DNA from: Nostoc punctiforme PCC 73102
GTDB taxonomy: Bacteria; Cyanobacteriota; Cyanobacteriia; Cyanobacteriales; Nostocaceae
Direction of reading: 5' to 3'
Assembly (NCBI RefSeq): GCF_000020025.1
Contig: NC_010628.1
Location: 8,202,323-8,234,322, forward strand
DNA: 32,000 bases
The notes beneath the pieces were generated by a model. It saw only the letters and a list, made by a program, of their open reading frames with translations. It ran no database searches and was not told where the DNA came from. How positions within the stretch are numbered: the first letter of the stretch is position 1; every line of letters begins with the position of its first letter. Positions 7,354 through 15,487 of this stretch are shown here, piece after piece. The translations under genes were made by a program, and so were the position numbers.

Positions 7354-8881
7354 GTAGATGCTCCCGGAAATAATCGGTATAAAGTTGACAACGAGGAAAC
7401 ACTACACGCCCTTCCCGGCGCACCAAACCCGCACCCCGCAACCGGAAAAAGATGCGCTCATCTTCACAGGTGTTCTGGTGAATTACTTGGAACATACCTT
7501 GAACCAACTCCTGTTTGTTATGCAGCCGGAAGAGGTGGTTACGCAAATGATTGCCAAAGGGGCCATCCTCTGCGATCGCATTGGCAAATAATTCGGTAGG
7601 ATAGAGGCGATCGCTAGCAACTGAGTAAAGTGCAAGGCGTACTAAGTAAGGATGTCCACCTAGCAACGCTATTAATTGCTTTTCTTCGCTGGCATTGAAG
7701 GGTGAACCATGACGGCGGTTTAAATCAGCAACCTGTGCTGCTGTAAAATCTTCTAAATCAATTACTAGCCCAACATTAAAGGGGGATTGGTTGAGATTAT
7801 CAATTAGCTGGTAGGGTTCGGTGGAAGTAACCAGCGCTAAATCCAGTTGCTTCCAGATGGGATTAGTGGCGCGGCTATTGTGCCAGCTTCGCAGCATTCC
7901 AAAGAAATCAGAGCGAAAATCAGTATCAAAGACCCTTTCAACTTCATCCATCGCTAAGACAATGGGGTTGCCAAACTCTTTGAGCAAATAGCGGCCGACG
8001 TAGCGAGTGCAACGCTGACTATTGCCCAAAGGCATATTCCAATACTCATCAACTTTATCTGTCATTTCCAGTTCATCAGTTAACCAAGTACAGAACTGGC
8101 GAAAGAAAAGGTCAGCATTAGTTAAGGCAGCTTTGTCAAACAATTGAAAATCCAGCAAAGCAACCCGCTTACCTGCATTCACAGCAGTATTAATTGTGCG
8201 GATTAACAGGGAACTTTTGCCCATTTGCCGGGGGCCTTTAATTGTAATTGTCACACCCTGCCGCTCAATAGTCTCTAAAGTAAGGGCATCAGATGAGCGT
8301 TCCACGTAAAAAGCGGATTGCGATTCCATTGTTCCTTCGGGCATTTCCAGGGAGACAGGCTGTGCTGAAGGAAAGGGACGGGGTAGGAGTGACGGCTGAC
8401 TCTTCTGGATTAAGTCTGCTTTTGATTTTTCTTCACTGATAGCTAATGCACCGCCATAGACAGCCTGCAACAACTCTGCAATTAGTCGCGGCGTATCTTC
8501 TGCATCTTTCCAGAATGCCCAGTTAATCCCATTTAAGTAAGCACTCAAGGGATACAGGAACGGTTCTTGATACGCCAGACGCACCGGGAGAATTATCGGT
8601 CGTCCTGACTGTGATTTTGCCAAGTGGTGTGCTGTCTCTATCTCTGCCACCACCATCTCGCTGCTAGTTGACAAAGCAGAAAGGAAAGTAATCAAAAAAT
8701 CAGCTTGGCGGATTTCTGCTTCAATACATTCAGCCCAGCGTGTGCCAACAGACATGGTTTGGTCGATGAAGACTTTGTGCTGCTGCGATAGTGCTTGGAA
8801 GACTTGGAGTGCTACTGGTTCATCGGGGCTAGCATTACGCTTGTAACTGATGAAGATGCGTTTAGCCTGTGAGTTTAACAT
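7346..8881 (-). CDS. TIR domain - STAND/AAA-like P-loop NTPase
   Basis: 511 aa. The N-terminus RIFISYKRN...VFIDQ...GTRW...ADFLITFLS...SSEMVVAEIE has a TIR_2-like pattern with the conserved Glu retained. Then come FYVERSSD, Walker A GPRQMGKSSL, Walker B VLAMDEVE and GGHPYLVRL, paralogous to the downstream gene's NTPase. The TAA stop at 7346-7348 overlaps the downstream GTG start by 8 nt. Confidence 0.88.
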   Translation of the reverse strand: MLNSQAKRIFISYKRNASPDEPVALQVFQALSQQHKVFIDQTMSVGTRWAECIEAEIRQADFLITFLSALSTSSEMVVAEIETAHHLAKSQSGRPIILPVRLAYQEPFLYPLSAYLNGINWAFWKDAEDTPRLIAELLQAVYGGALAISEEKSKADLIQKSQPSLLPRPFPSAQPVSLEMPEGTMESQSAFYVERSSDALTLETIERQGVTITIKGPRQMGKSSLLIRTINTAVNAGKRVALLDFQLFDKAALTNADLFFRQFCTWLTDELEMTDKVDEYWNMPLGNSQRCTRYVGRYLLKEFGNPIVLAMDEVERVFDTDFRSDFFGMLRSWHNSRATNPIWKQLDLALVTSTEPYQLIDNLNQSPFNVGLVIDLEDFTAAQVADLNRRHGSPFNASEEKQLIALLGGHPYLVRLALYSVASDRLYPTELFANAIAEDGPFGNHLRNHLFRLHNKQELVQGMFQVIHQNTCEDERIFFRLRGAGLVRREGRVVFPRCQLYTDYFREHLRG

Positions 8882-9111
8882 TACTATTAACCTTGTCTTC
8901 CTTCAGCTTTTTAAGTAGAAAAGCTTATCTAATTGCGTGTCAATTTTGTACAGAAGTTGGGTAATTCTGTGCTTTGTCATCCAAGGGCATTTTTTCCCTA
9001 TTTCGAGAATTAGCTGAACAAATTAGGATTTTATTCACAGCGCTATCAATTAGTTACACTCTACTACAGCGCAGTTGCAGGCAATTACCGACAGCACAAA
9101 AAAATTGCTTA

Positions 9112-9237
9112 CGGAGTTCAAAGGCTCATTAACGGAGTTCAAAGACTCGTTAACAGAGCTAAAAGACTCGTTAATGGAGCTAAAAGACTCGTTAACGGAG
9201 TTCAAAGACTCGTTAACGGAGTTCAAAAACTCGTTAG
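9112..9237. repeat. tandem repeat, 21 bp unit x 6
   Basis: CGGAGTTCAAAGACTCGTTAA-type units start at 9112, 9133, 9154, 9175, 9196 and 9217, with a few substitutions (GGAGTTC/AGAGCTA/GGAGCTA). Confidence 0.95.
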
Positions 9238-9336
9238 AGATATGAAAAATAATGTAGAAATGTAGCAGTGCTACGTCTCTACAAGGATTCTAGATGATGC
9301 ATATTTAATTTATAGAGATATCTATTATTGAAGAAG

Positions 9337-9503
9337 AATTCAGAAGCCAGAATTCAGAAGTCAGAATCAAGATGCGACGCTCGTTCCTCTCTACGAGACG
9401 CTGCGCGTAGCTCGCTTCTCCGTAGGAGTACGCTAACGCTACGCTATCCACCAGTCATACAGAATACCCAAGTGAATTCTGACTCCTGACTCCTGAATTC
9501 TGG
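9337..9503. mobile_element. MITE-like element: inverted heptamer-based arms flanking a dispersed-repeat core
   Basis: The left arm CCAGAATTCAGAAGTCAGAATC (9347-9368) matches the reverse complement of the right arm GAATTCTGACTCCTGACTCCTGAATTCTGG (9474-9503). The core holds CTCTACGAGACGCTGCGCG, which recurs as CTCTACGAGAAGCTGCGCC near 1036. Confidence 0.6.
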
Positions 9504-9542
9504 TCAATAAAGTTTTAGGGAATTAAACCCCATTTCAAACCA

Positions 9543-9575
9543 AAACAAAGCCTGCATAAACAGGCTTTGTTTTAG
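9543..9575 (-). terminator. rho-independent terminator (symmetric, potentially bidirectional) downstream of the 197 aa lipoprotein gene
   Basis: AAACAAAGCCTG-CATAAA-CAGGCTTTGTTT is a perfect 12 bp stem. A/T runs flank it on both sides, ~60 nt past the stop at 9637. Confidence 0.75.
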
Positions 9576-9636
9576 TAGCACCAGACTATAAGTCTGTGCG
9601 CGCTTTCAAATTTTTACAAGAATTAAATGACTAATT

Positions 9637-10230
9637 TCAATCAACCGCCCTCTTCACTGCATTGCCTGCATCGTCAGCTGTACGCCGAACATTTCTACCA
9701 GCATCCTCAGCCCCACGCTGAACATTTTTTGTCGCGTCTTCGGCAGCATTTTGGGTATTACCTTTGAGATTTTCAATTCCTCGCTGAGTCCCCTTAACTA
9801 CGCCTTCTCCCAATTCATTAGCTGAACTGCCGATATCTTCACCCAGGTTCTTCACTCTTTCACCAAAGGGTGTACCTTGCTTGTAATTTCGGCCATACTG
9901 CTCTGGGCTGTCAATTCCCTTCTGCTCGATATTTCTTTGAGCATTTTTCGCCAGTGCATCAGCTCTGTCAGTCGCTGCTTTCTCGTCTAATCTGCCTCTG
10001 GGTTCTACATCACTAAAGTTATTCATTCCACCAGCAGGAGAAGAGAGAGGATAATCTTTTGTGGGATCGTATCGTTTGGAATAAGGTGATTGAGCATCAG
10101 GCTGTGGTGGCTGTGTTGCTATTCCTGGGGCACCACAAGCTTGTGTCAAGAATAAGAATATCCCTGCCAAAAAAACTGTTAAAACTTTCAAGGGACGAAT
10201 GCTTTTGAGCCAATTCATTGCTTTTTTCAT
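9637..10230 (-). CDS. hypothetical secreted protein / probable lipoprotein with a charged repeat-rich C-terminus
   Basis: 197 aa. A strong RBS (AAGGAG) lies 8 nt upstream of the ATG. The signal-like N-terminus ends LTQAC|G. The C-terminus has reiterated AEDA-x-xNVxR motifs. The N-terminus is paralogous to the next gene. Confidence 0.7.
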   Translation of the reverse strand: MKKAMNWLKSIRPLKVLTVFLAGIFLFLTQACGAPGIATQPPQPDAQSPYSKRYDPTKDYPLSSPAGGMNNFSDVEPRGRLDEKAATDRADALAKNAQRNIEQKGIDSPEQYGRNYKQGTPFGERVKNLGEDIGSSANELGEGVVKGTQRGIENLKGNTQNAAEDATKNVQRGAEDAGRNVRRTADDAGNAVKRAVD

Positions 10231-10330
10231 AGTGCTAAACTCCTTGCATTTTTGTGACTAAGTTAAACTTTAACCAAGATGGCATTTGGAATTAATTTTG
10301 CATTCCAAGTATTCAGACAAAATAAGGATT

Positions 10331-10900
10331 CTATCTGCCTACTGCTGGATTTCTTTGTAATTCAGGTCTGCGACTTGCTTCATCTGCCTTATTTTTCAAA
10401 AAGCCGGAAGCTTCTTCAACAGTCTCTTTTACAGTCTCAAGCCGATCTTGAACCCGATCTCCAACATTTGGTTCATTCTGAATCAAACCACCGGGTTCAG
10501 GCTGGCGGAAATCTTTATCTGTGATGAGTGGCAACTCTGCTTCTTTATTGATTCGACCTGCTGGTGTCTCAGCACCAGGATAAAGTATCTTAGATTCTCT
10601 ATCTGCTGTAGCAATCAACAATTCCAAACTTGGTTGTAAGCTAGCTTGGTCGCGTCCCTGACTGGCTTTTGGATTTGCTATTTTCGGATCGGTAGACATT
10701 CTGTAGTTGCCATACTTGTCTCCACCATTCTTATAAGGATTGTTTGCTCCACCAGCTTGCACAGCAGGGTTTTGTGGATTTGCACCTTGAGCATTTGCCC
10801 CACTACAAGCAGTGCTGACTATCAACAATAGTCCAGCTAAAAAGATAGTTAATATCTGGCGCAATCTTATTTGTTTCAAGAATAGTCTCACAGCGTTCAC
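10331..10900 (-). CDS. hypothetical secreted protein / probable lipoprotein (paralog of 9637-10230)
   Basis: 189 aa with a GTG start preceded by AGGAGG. The signal-like N-terminus LKQIRLRQILTIFLAGLLLIVSTAC|S aligns with LKSIRPLKVLTVFLAGIFLFLTQAC of the neighbouring gene. Confidence 0.7.
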   Translation of the reverse strand: MNAVRLFLKQIRLRQILTIFLAGLLLIVSTACSGANAQGANPQNPAVQAGGANNPYKNGGDKYGNYRMSTDPKIANPKASQGRDQASLQPSLELLIATADRESKILYPGAETPAGRINKEAELPLITDKDFRQPEPGGLIQNEPNVGDRVQDRLETVKETVEEASGFLKNKADEASRRPELQRNPAVGR

Positions 10901-11242
10901 GTAGTCCTCCTTACCAAAATATTAATAAGTTAAGTGTTTGCTGAATCATTGAATTGGTCTGCAAGTTATTGTGCTTGTTTTGGTTCGCTCAGTTTCGATA
11001 ACCTCTATCAAGGATATGAATAATAAAAGGCTCTTTACCTCTAGCGCAGGCTACATTTTAATTAGTACATGAATAATATTTTTATCTAACTCTAGAGAGA
11101 TATAAAATAAAGTAATATAGTTCTCGTAAAAAGAACTACATCAAGCTGTTTTATACTTCAAAAGCTTTGAATAGGTAGCTGATGTACTGCAATCATAGAG
11201 GCATTGGCCCCTTGTTGCTCTAACCGTTAAATTACTAAATTC

Positions 11243-12160
11243 ATGAAGCAATTTTTACGCTGGATAATTTTGGGCGGAACGCTGTTTTTTTTAGCGAAAG
11301 CCTTGAAAGATAATTGGATTGGAGTGACTGCTATCCGCATTGATGGGGTAGGATGGACAATTATAGCGATCGCTACAGGCGTAACTTTACTAGCGCATAC
11401 TTGGGCAGGCTGGATTTGGACTTGGATTCTACAAGAGTTAAATCAATCTGTATCATCTCCCCAATTTATCCAAGTTTACCTAAAAACGAACATCGCTAAA
11501 TATTTACCAGGTAATATCTGGCATCACTATGGGCGAATTGTCGCCGCCAAAAAAGCTAATGTCTCTGCTGGTGCAGCCACCTTAAGCGTTTTGCTAGAAC
11601 CCCTACTCATGCTAGCGGCTGCTTTAATCATCATTGTCTTATGCAGTAGCCAATTTGCGGCAGCTAATACTACCCTTGCTATTCAAGTACTACAATTATT
11701 GAGTTTAGCTCTAGTTCTTTGTGCAATTCATCCCCGGTTTTTAAACCCAGTTATTCGCTTTTTGTACAGATTAAAAGCAAAAAAGTCTGCTACAACTCAA
11801 CCAACTGTTCCCTTCAGTCTGAAAAGCTACCCTTTACGCCCTTTATTAGGAGAATTGGGCTTTATGGCACTACGCGCCACTGGGTTTATATTAACTATGT
11901 CCGCCCTAGGTTCGTTGAACGTAAATCAAATTCCTTTGTTGCTAGGGGCTTTTAGTTGCTCTTGGCTGTTAGGTTTTGTGATTCCGGGTGCGCCTGGTGG
12001 GTTAGGTGTGTTTGAGGCGACTGCCTATCAACTTTTGCAACATCACTTTCCAGCGGCCCTAGTATTCAGTGCGATCGCTCTATATCGCCTCATTAGTATT
12101 TTAGCTGAAACTGCGGGCGCTACCCTCGCTTACTTAGACGAACGCCTTGCTAAATCATAA
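11243..12160 (+). CDS. UPF0104 / flippase-like (lysylphosphatidylglycerol synthase TM region-like) integral membrane protein
   Basis: 305 aa, polytopic and hydrophobic. It carries the motifs KYLPGNIWHHYGR and IPGAPGGLGVFEA typical of the UPF0104 / LPG_synthase_TM family (by recall). Confidence 0.65.
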   Translation: MKQFLRWIILGGTLFFLAKALKDNWIGVTAIRIDGVGWTIIAIATGVTLLAHTWAGWIWTWILQELNQSVSSPQFIQVYLKTNIAKYLPGNIWHHYGRIVAAKKANVSAGAATLSVLLEPLLMLAAALIIIVLCSSQFAAANTTLAIQVLQLLSLALVLCAIHPRFLNPVIRFLYRLKAKKSATTQPTVPFSLKSYPLRPLLGELGFMALRATGFILTMSALGSLNVNQIPLLLGAFSCSWLLGFVIPGAPGGLGVFEATAYQLLQHHFPAALVFSAIALYRLISILAETAGATLAYLDERLAKS

Positions 12161-12172
12161 ATTAGACAAAAC

Positions 12173-13489
12173 TCATTTGGGTTTATCTACTTTCATCTGT
12201 GAAAACACACGATAACCATCTAGATTCAACTGCGGATTACTGCTTTGTTCTTCTTCCATCTTAATCAAGTTATATTCTACGTTTTCTGCATAAATTGCAA
12301 ACGTGATATTAAAAATCTCCATAAAATTGATTACACCTTTACATTCATCTTCAGGATAGTTTTCGTAAAAACGAATCAGATGAGCAATCCGAGTTTCTAA
12401 ATGACGACGGGAATTATTACAAATTAGAATGATTTTTAAAAGTATAATGACCAATGTTAGAGCATGACCTTGACTAATTAACAACATAAATAATGGTGAA
12501 GGTTCCTTGTTATTTTCTATTGTCAAGCAATCAATTACTCGATTACAGGTTCTTAGAAACAATTCTTTAGTGATAACTTCCTGATTATAATCCTTCTTCC
12601 ATGATGATAAAATCTCCATAAACTGCTGTTTCCATATCTCAACTGATTCTTTTCCTACAGAAAGGAATAGATATTTTTCCAGATTAATTTTAAATTCTTC
12701 TAGAGTCTGATTTTGAGTTTGCTTGATAAATATATGAGCAATATTCTCATGACTAAAAACCCCTCTTTTTAAAACAATTGCTTTGATTAAACGTAGAGCC
12801 TGGTCTCCCAAAACACTAGGATTTTTATAGCGTGCTGTGCTTGAAACGGTAGATTGAGAACGAGCAATATACATTGCCAGTTCAAACTTAAATTTTTCTT
12901 TTATCTGTTTAGAAAGCTTTCTAGCAGCCTCTTGTTGCTCTATGGGATTATTTTTATTAACAGATTGATCGATTAATAAATAAGAACTATAGCGATTAGC
13001 CCAATGACCTTTAGATGATTCATCATATTTAGCAGCAAATAGTTTCAACTCTTGGTAGTCTTTGCTGTTGACAAAATTCTCTAACCAAGTTTTACAAATC
13101 TTTACTACTGGGTCATTATTGTCCTTGATCTGGAGATTTTCATTAACAAATAAATTAACTAATTCTTGGATATATTTATCTTTTCGATTAGTCTTCCAAT
13201 TATTAACTATAATGTAGCAACACCGCTTGAGTGTATTATATAATTCTTGCTCATTATCATCTAAAAAAATACTATATATCCCAGGAATATAATCTGACTC
13301 TTCTGAATCAAGACCGTCTATAAATAAACCTTTGAATTCTCGCAAAACATCATCTGGTGACAGTTTTTTGACAATTTCCATGAAGAAGCTATAAACCTCT
13401 TCTTGTGCAATTTGCACATTTATCTGTCTGGAGCTAGACGTAACACTATGGGGATTTTCCTGACTAATTGATAAACTATTAGCGTTCAT
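12173..13489 (-). CDS. hypothetical protein (no recognisable domain), AT-rich
   Basis: A 438 aa uninterrupted ORF in a visibly AT-rich stretch. It is rich in K/N/I/E and has one hydrophobic segment (FMLLISQGHALTLVIILLKIILI). I recognise no catalytic motifs. Confidence 0.6.
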   Translation of the reverse strand: MNANSLSISQENPHSVTSSSRQINVQIAQEEVYSFFMEIVKKLSPDDVLREFKGLFIDGLDSEESDYIPGIYSIFLDDNEQELYNTLKRCCYIIVNNWKTNRKDKYIQELVNLFVNENLQIKDNNDPVVKICKTWLENFVNSKDYQELKLFAAKYDESSKGHWANRYSSYLLIDQSVNKNNPIEQQEAARKLSKQIKEKFKFELAMYIARSQSTVSSTARYKNPSVLGDQALRLIKAIVLKRGVFSHENIAHIFIKQTQNQTLEEFKINLEKYLFLSVGKESVEIWKQQFMEILSSWKKDYNQEVITKELFLRTCNRVIDCLTIENNKEPSPLFMLLISQGHALTLVIILLKIILICNNSRRHLETRIAHLIRFYENYPEDECKGVINFMEIFNITFAIYAENVEYNLIKMEEEQSSNPQLNLDGYRVFSQMKVDKPK

Positions 13490-13711
13490 TCTAGTTATCA
13501 GGACAAAAAGGCTTCCTGTTCATATTATTACCAGCTTAACCTTGGTGAACACTAGCATCAATCTATTCTTCTGAAATTCAGTAATTTTTTTACATAAATT
13601 TGATAAAATCTGACCATAAATAAAGTATTAAATTTAAATCGTTTAATACTTCATCAAAAAAGCCAGTGAAATTACTTAGCTTCAGCAATGAAGTACGACA
13701 TAAAACTAAAT

Positions 13712-13746
13712 GGGCGAGTTGATTTACCATTAAATACAACTCGCCC
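13712..13746 (-). terminator. hairpin between the transposon end and the 438 aa ORF; possible terminator
   Basis: GGGCGAGTT (13712-13720) pairs with AACTCGCCC (13738-13746) around a 17 nt loop. On the minus strand it is followed by ATTTAGTTTTA. Confidence 0.3.
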
Positions 13747-13760
13747 ATACTTTATATAAA

Positions 13761-13808
13761 TGTGACTTTACCCATAACTTTGCCGCTACTGGAACCATAA
13801 CTTTGCCG
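13761..13808. repeat. divergent Tn7-like end relic, with the same architecture as the functional distal end
   Basis: TGTGACTTTACCCATAACTTTGCCG-CTACTGGAA-CCATAACTTTGCCG has a TGT terminus plus two direct copies of CCATAACTTTGCCG, 23 bp apart. The layout mirrors the adjacent end TGTCACTTAAAGGATATTGTGGCCG...ATAAAGTGGCCG. The first 25 nt match in about 16 positions. Confidence 0.45.
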
Positions 13809-13815
13809 TCAACAA

Positions 13816-13866
13816 TGTCACTTAAAGGATATTGTGGCCGTTTTTAAAGCATAAAGTGGCCGCAGT
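13816..13866. repeat. transposon terminal inverted repeat, distal (tniQ-side) end
   Basis: The sequence is TGTCACTTAAAGGATATTGTGGCCGTTTTTAAAGCATAAAGTGGCCGCAGT. It holds two GTGGCCG-containing putative transposase-binding repeats about 22 bp apart. Confidence 0.85.
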
Positions 13867-13900
13867 AGTAAAACCTTAGAGAAAGGCGAATAAATAAGAT

Positions 13901-15487
13901 TTACTGTGAAAGATCCAGTCTTATCTGCCTTAAAACATCAATTACCTCAGCCTGCCACAGCAAAGAGGGATGAGGCATAAATTTTCTGAGATTTTTAGCA
14001 GTAGGGGTAATGCCTTGTGCATGAAGTACTGAAGCGAGTTGGCGTACTTCTCGACAGCCTTGCTCAATAGCTAGTTTATGGACGAATTTGCGGTAATCTT
14101 TATAGCGTAAAGAAATAGCATGGCACACAATAGGGCAATAGTGGTAGAAAGTAGCCAAACCAATACCAGTTCTCTTAGCTATTTTTCTTAGAGAAGGTGG
14201 TGGATACTCGTCGCTAAACAAAGCTAATTCAAGTATGTCTCTGATGTGTAAAAATCTTAGCTGCTGTTGATATTCACTATATCTAGTAGCCAAAGATGCT
14301 GATAAAGATTTTGAGCAAGCAGTTAAACTACTAGGAGTTTTGAATCCTAAACGAACAGCTAATTGAGTTAAAGAAGGAGGTGGTTCTTCTTCTTGAGCTA
14401 GTTGCATCGCCTGAATAACTCGTTCGCACTTAGGACTACTATTTGAAGTAACTAAAGCAGACTGTGATGATAATTTTTTCTGTTTAGGAGCAGGTAGAGA
14501 AACTAGCTGCTTAAGAGTAAGAGGTAGTATTTTAAGTTGAAGAAAATCGACAAGATTAGTTGATAAGGCGTAGCAGATTTTCAAAAGTTTATCTAAATTT
14601 GGGATGGCTACACCTGAATACCAATGTAGAATTTCATATCTCGATAACCCAAGCCAACGACCAAAAGCGGAAACATTACCTTGAGTATATTGATAGACGT
14701 AAGCTTCTAGGATTGTTTTAATAGTCTCTCTTGGAGGTGGACAAGGAAATTCAGGAGCTTGAGCAATTAAATCTCCTAAAGTCTTAACTATCCAAATCTC
14801 TTGCTGTAAATTGGGTATCTCCTCGAACAATCTCTTATCTGGCAAAGATACTTCATAGTTCATCCCCAACCAACCACCACATTTCAGACAAAATCCAGGT
14901 CGTGAGTTATGCCACAGGTGTAAAAATTCAAGGTCACAGTGAGGACATTTTGATTCTAAAAATCGATAATGGATGGGACAAATGTTAGCTGGTTTCAAAG
15001 CCCACAGCAGAGGTGAATAAATGACTTGTTGATTATTTAACCAGTCTTGATAGCAATAAGGACACCAAGCATGAGAATGCTTGAGCAATCCCAAAACTGG
15101 GAAGACTTTTGCCCAAGGTAGCATTGTCAAAAACTGTAAGTCAGTACGTTTTGTCAATATTTCTAGAGCAAAAACCAGTTGTTTAGCTCCAATTTGTGTT
15201 CCGTTTAAAGCTTTTACAGAAGCTTGTCCATACAAACTTACGATACTTTTAGAATTCAAGGGATTGGTAGTATGGTTATGCCCAACTATTGGTTTTATCT
15301 CTCTAGCCAATAAAGTTCCAGGCAATACGCTATGAGCTGCGGCTAGACGAGCAACATAGCTAGTCAGACTTTCAACATAACAAGTACCAAGTCCAATCGG
15401 TTCCAGATGAAACAACCGGCTAGGACTGGGAGTAAATTCTGGGTCTTTGAGCCACAATTCATCGTTAACCGCCATGTTAGTCATCAT
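13901..15487 (-). CDS. tniQ: TniQ-family target-selection protein, long TnsD-like form
   Basis: 528 aa. The N-terminus PSRLFHLEPIGLGTCYVESLTSYVARLAAAH is a typical TniQ domain. Cys clusters follow (CPYCYQDW...CPIH, CPHCD...CLKCG). The C-terminus has two HTH-like copies (PPPSLTQLAVRLG, PPPSLRKIAKRTG). It overlaps the tnsC stop by 11 nt. Confidence 0.85.
   Translation of the reverse strand: MMTNMAVNDELWLKDPEFTPSPSRLFHLEPIGLGTCYVESLTSYVARLAAAHSVLPGTLLAREIKPIVGHNHTTNPLNSKSIVSLYGQASVKALNGTQIGAKQLVFALEILTKRTDLQFLTMLPWAKVFPVLGLLKHSHAWCPYCYQDWLNNQQVIYSPLLWALKPANICPIHYRFLESKCPHCDLEFLHLWHNSRPGFCLKCGGWLGMNYEVSLPDKRLFEEIPNLQQEIWIVKTLGDLIAQAPEFPCPPPRETIKTILEAYVYQYTQGNVSAFGRWLGLSRYEILHWYSGVAIPNLDKLLKICYALSTNLVDFLQLKILPLTLKQLVSLPAPKQKKLSSQSALVTSNSSPKCERVIQAMQLAQEEEPPPSLTQLAVRLGFKTPSSLTACSKSLSASLATRYSEYQQQLRFLHIRDILELALFSDEYPPPSLRKIAKRTGIGLATFYHYCPIVCHAISLRYKDYRKFVHKLAIEQGCREVRQLASVLHAQGITPTAKNLRKFMPHPSLLWQAEVIDVLRQIRLDLSQ

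Noticed and set aside
5522-7599. Plus-strand track ORFs antisense to the WD40 and TIR genes (5522-5890, 5625-5807, 5850-6143, 6374-6634, 6955-7155, 7282-7599, 7358-7591)
   Set aside because: They lie fully inside much longer, motif-rich minus-strand genes and have low-complexity or Cys/Phe/Leu-rich sequences typical of antisense frames.
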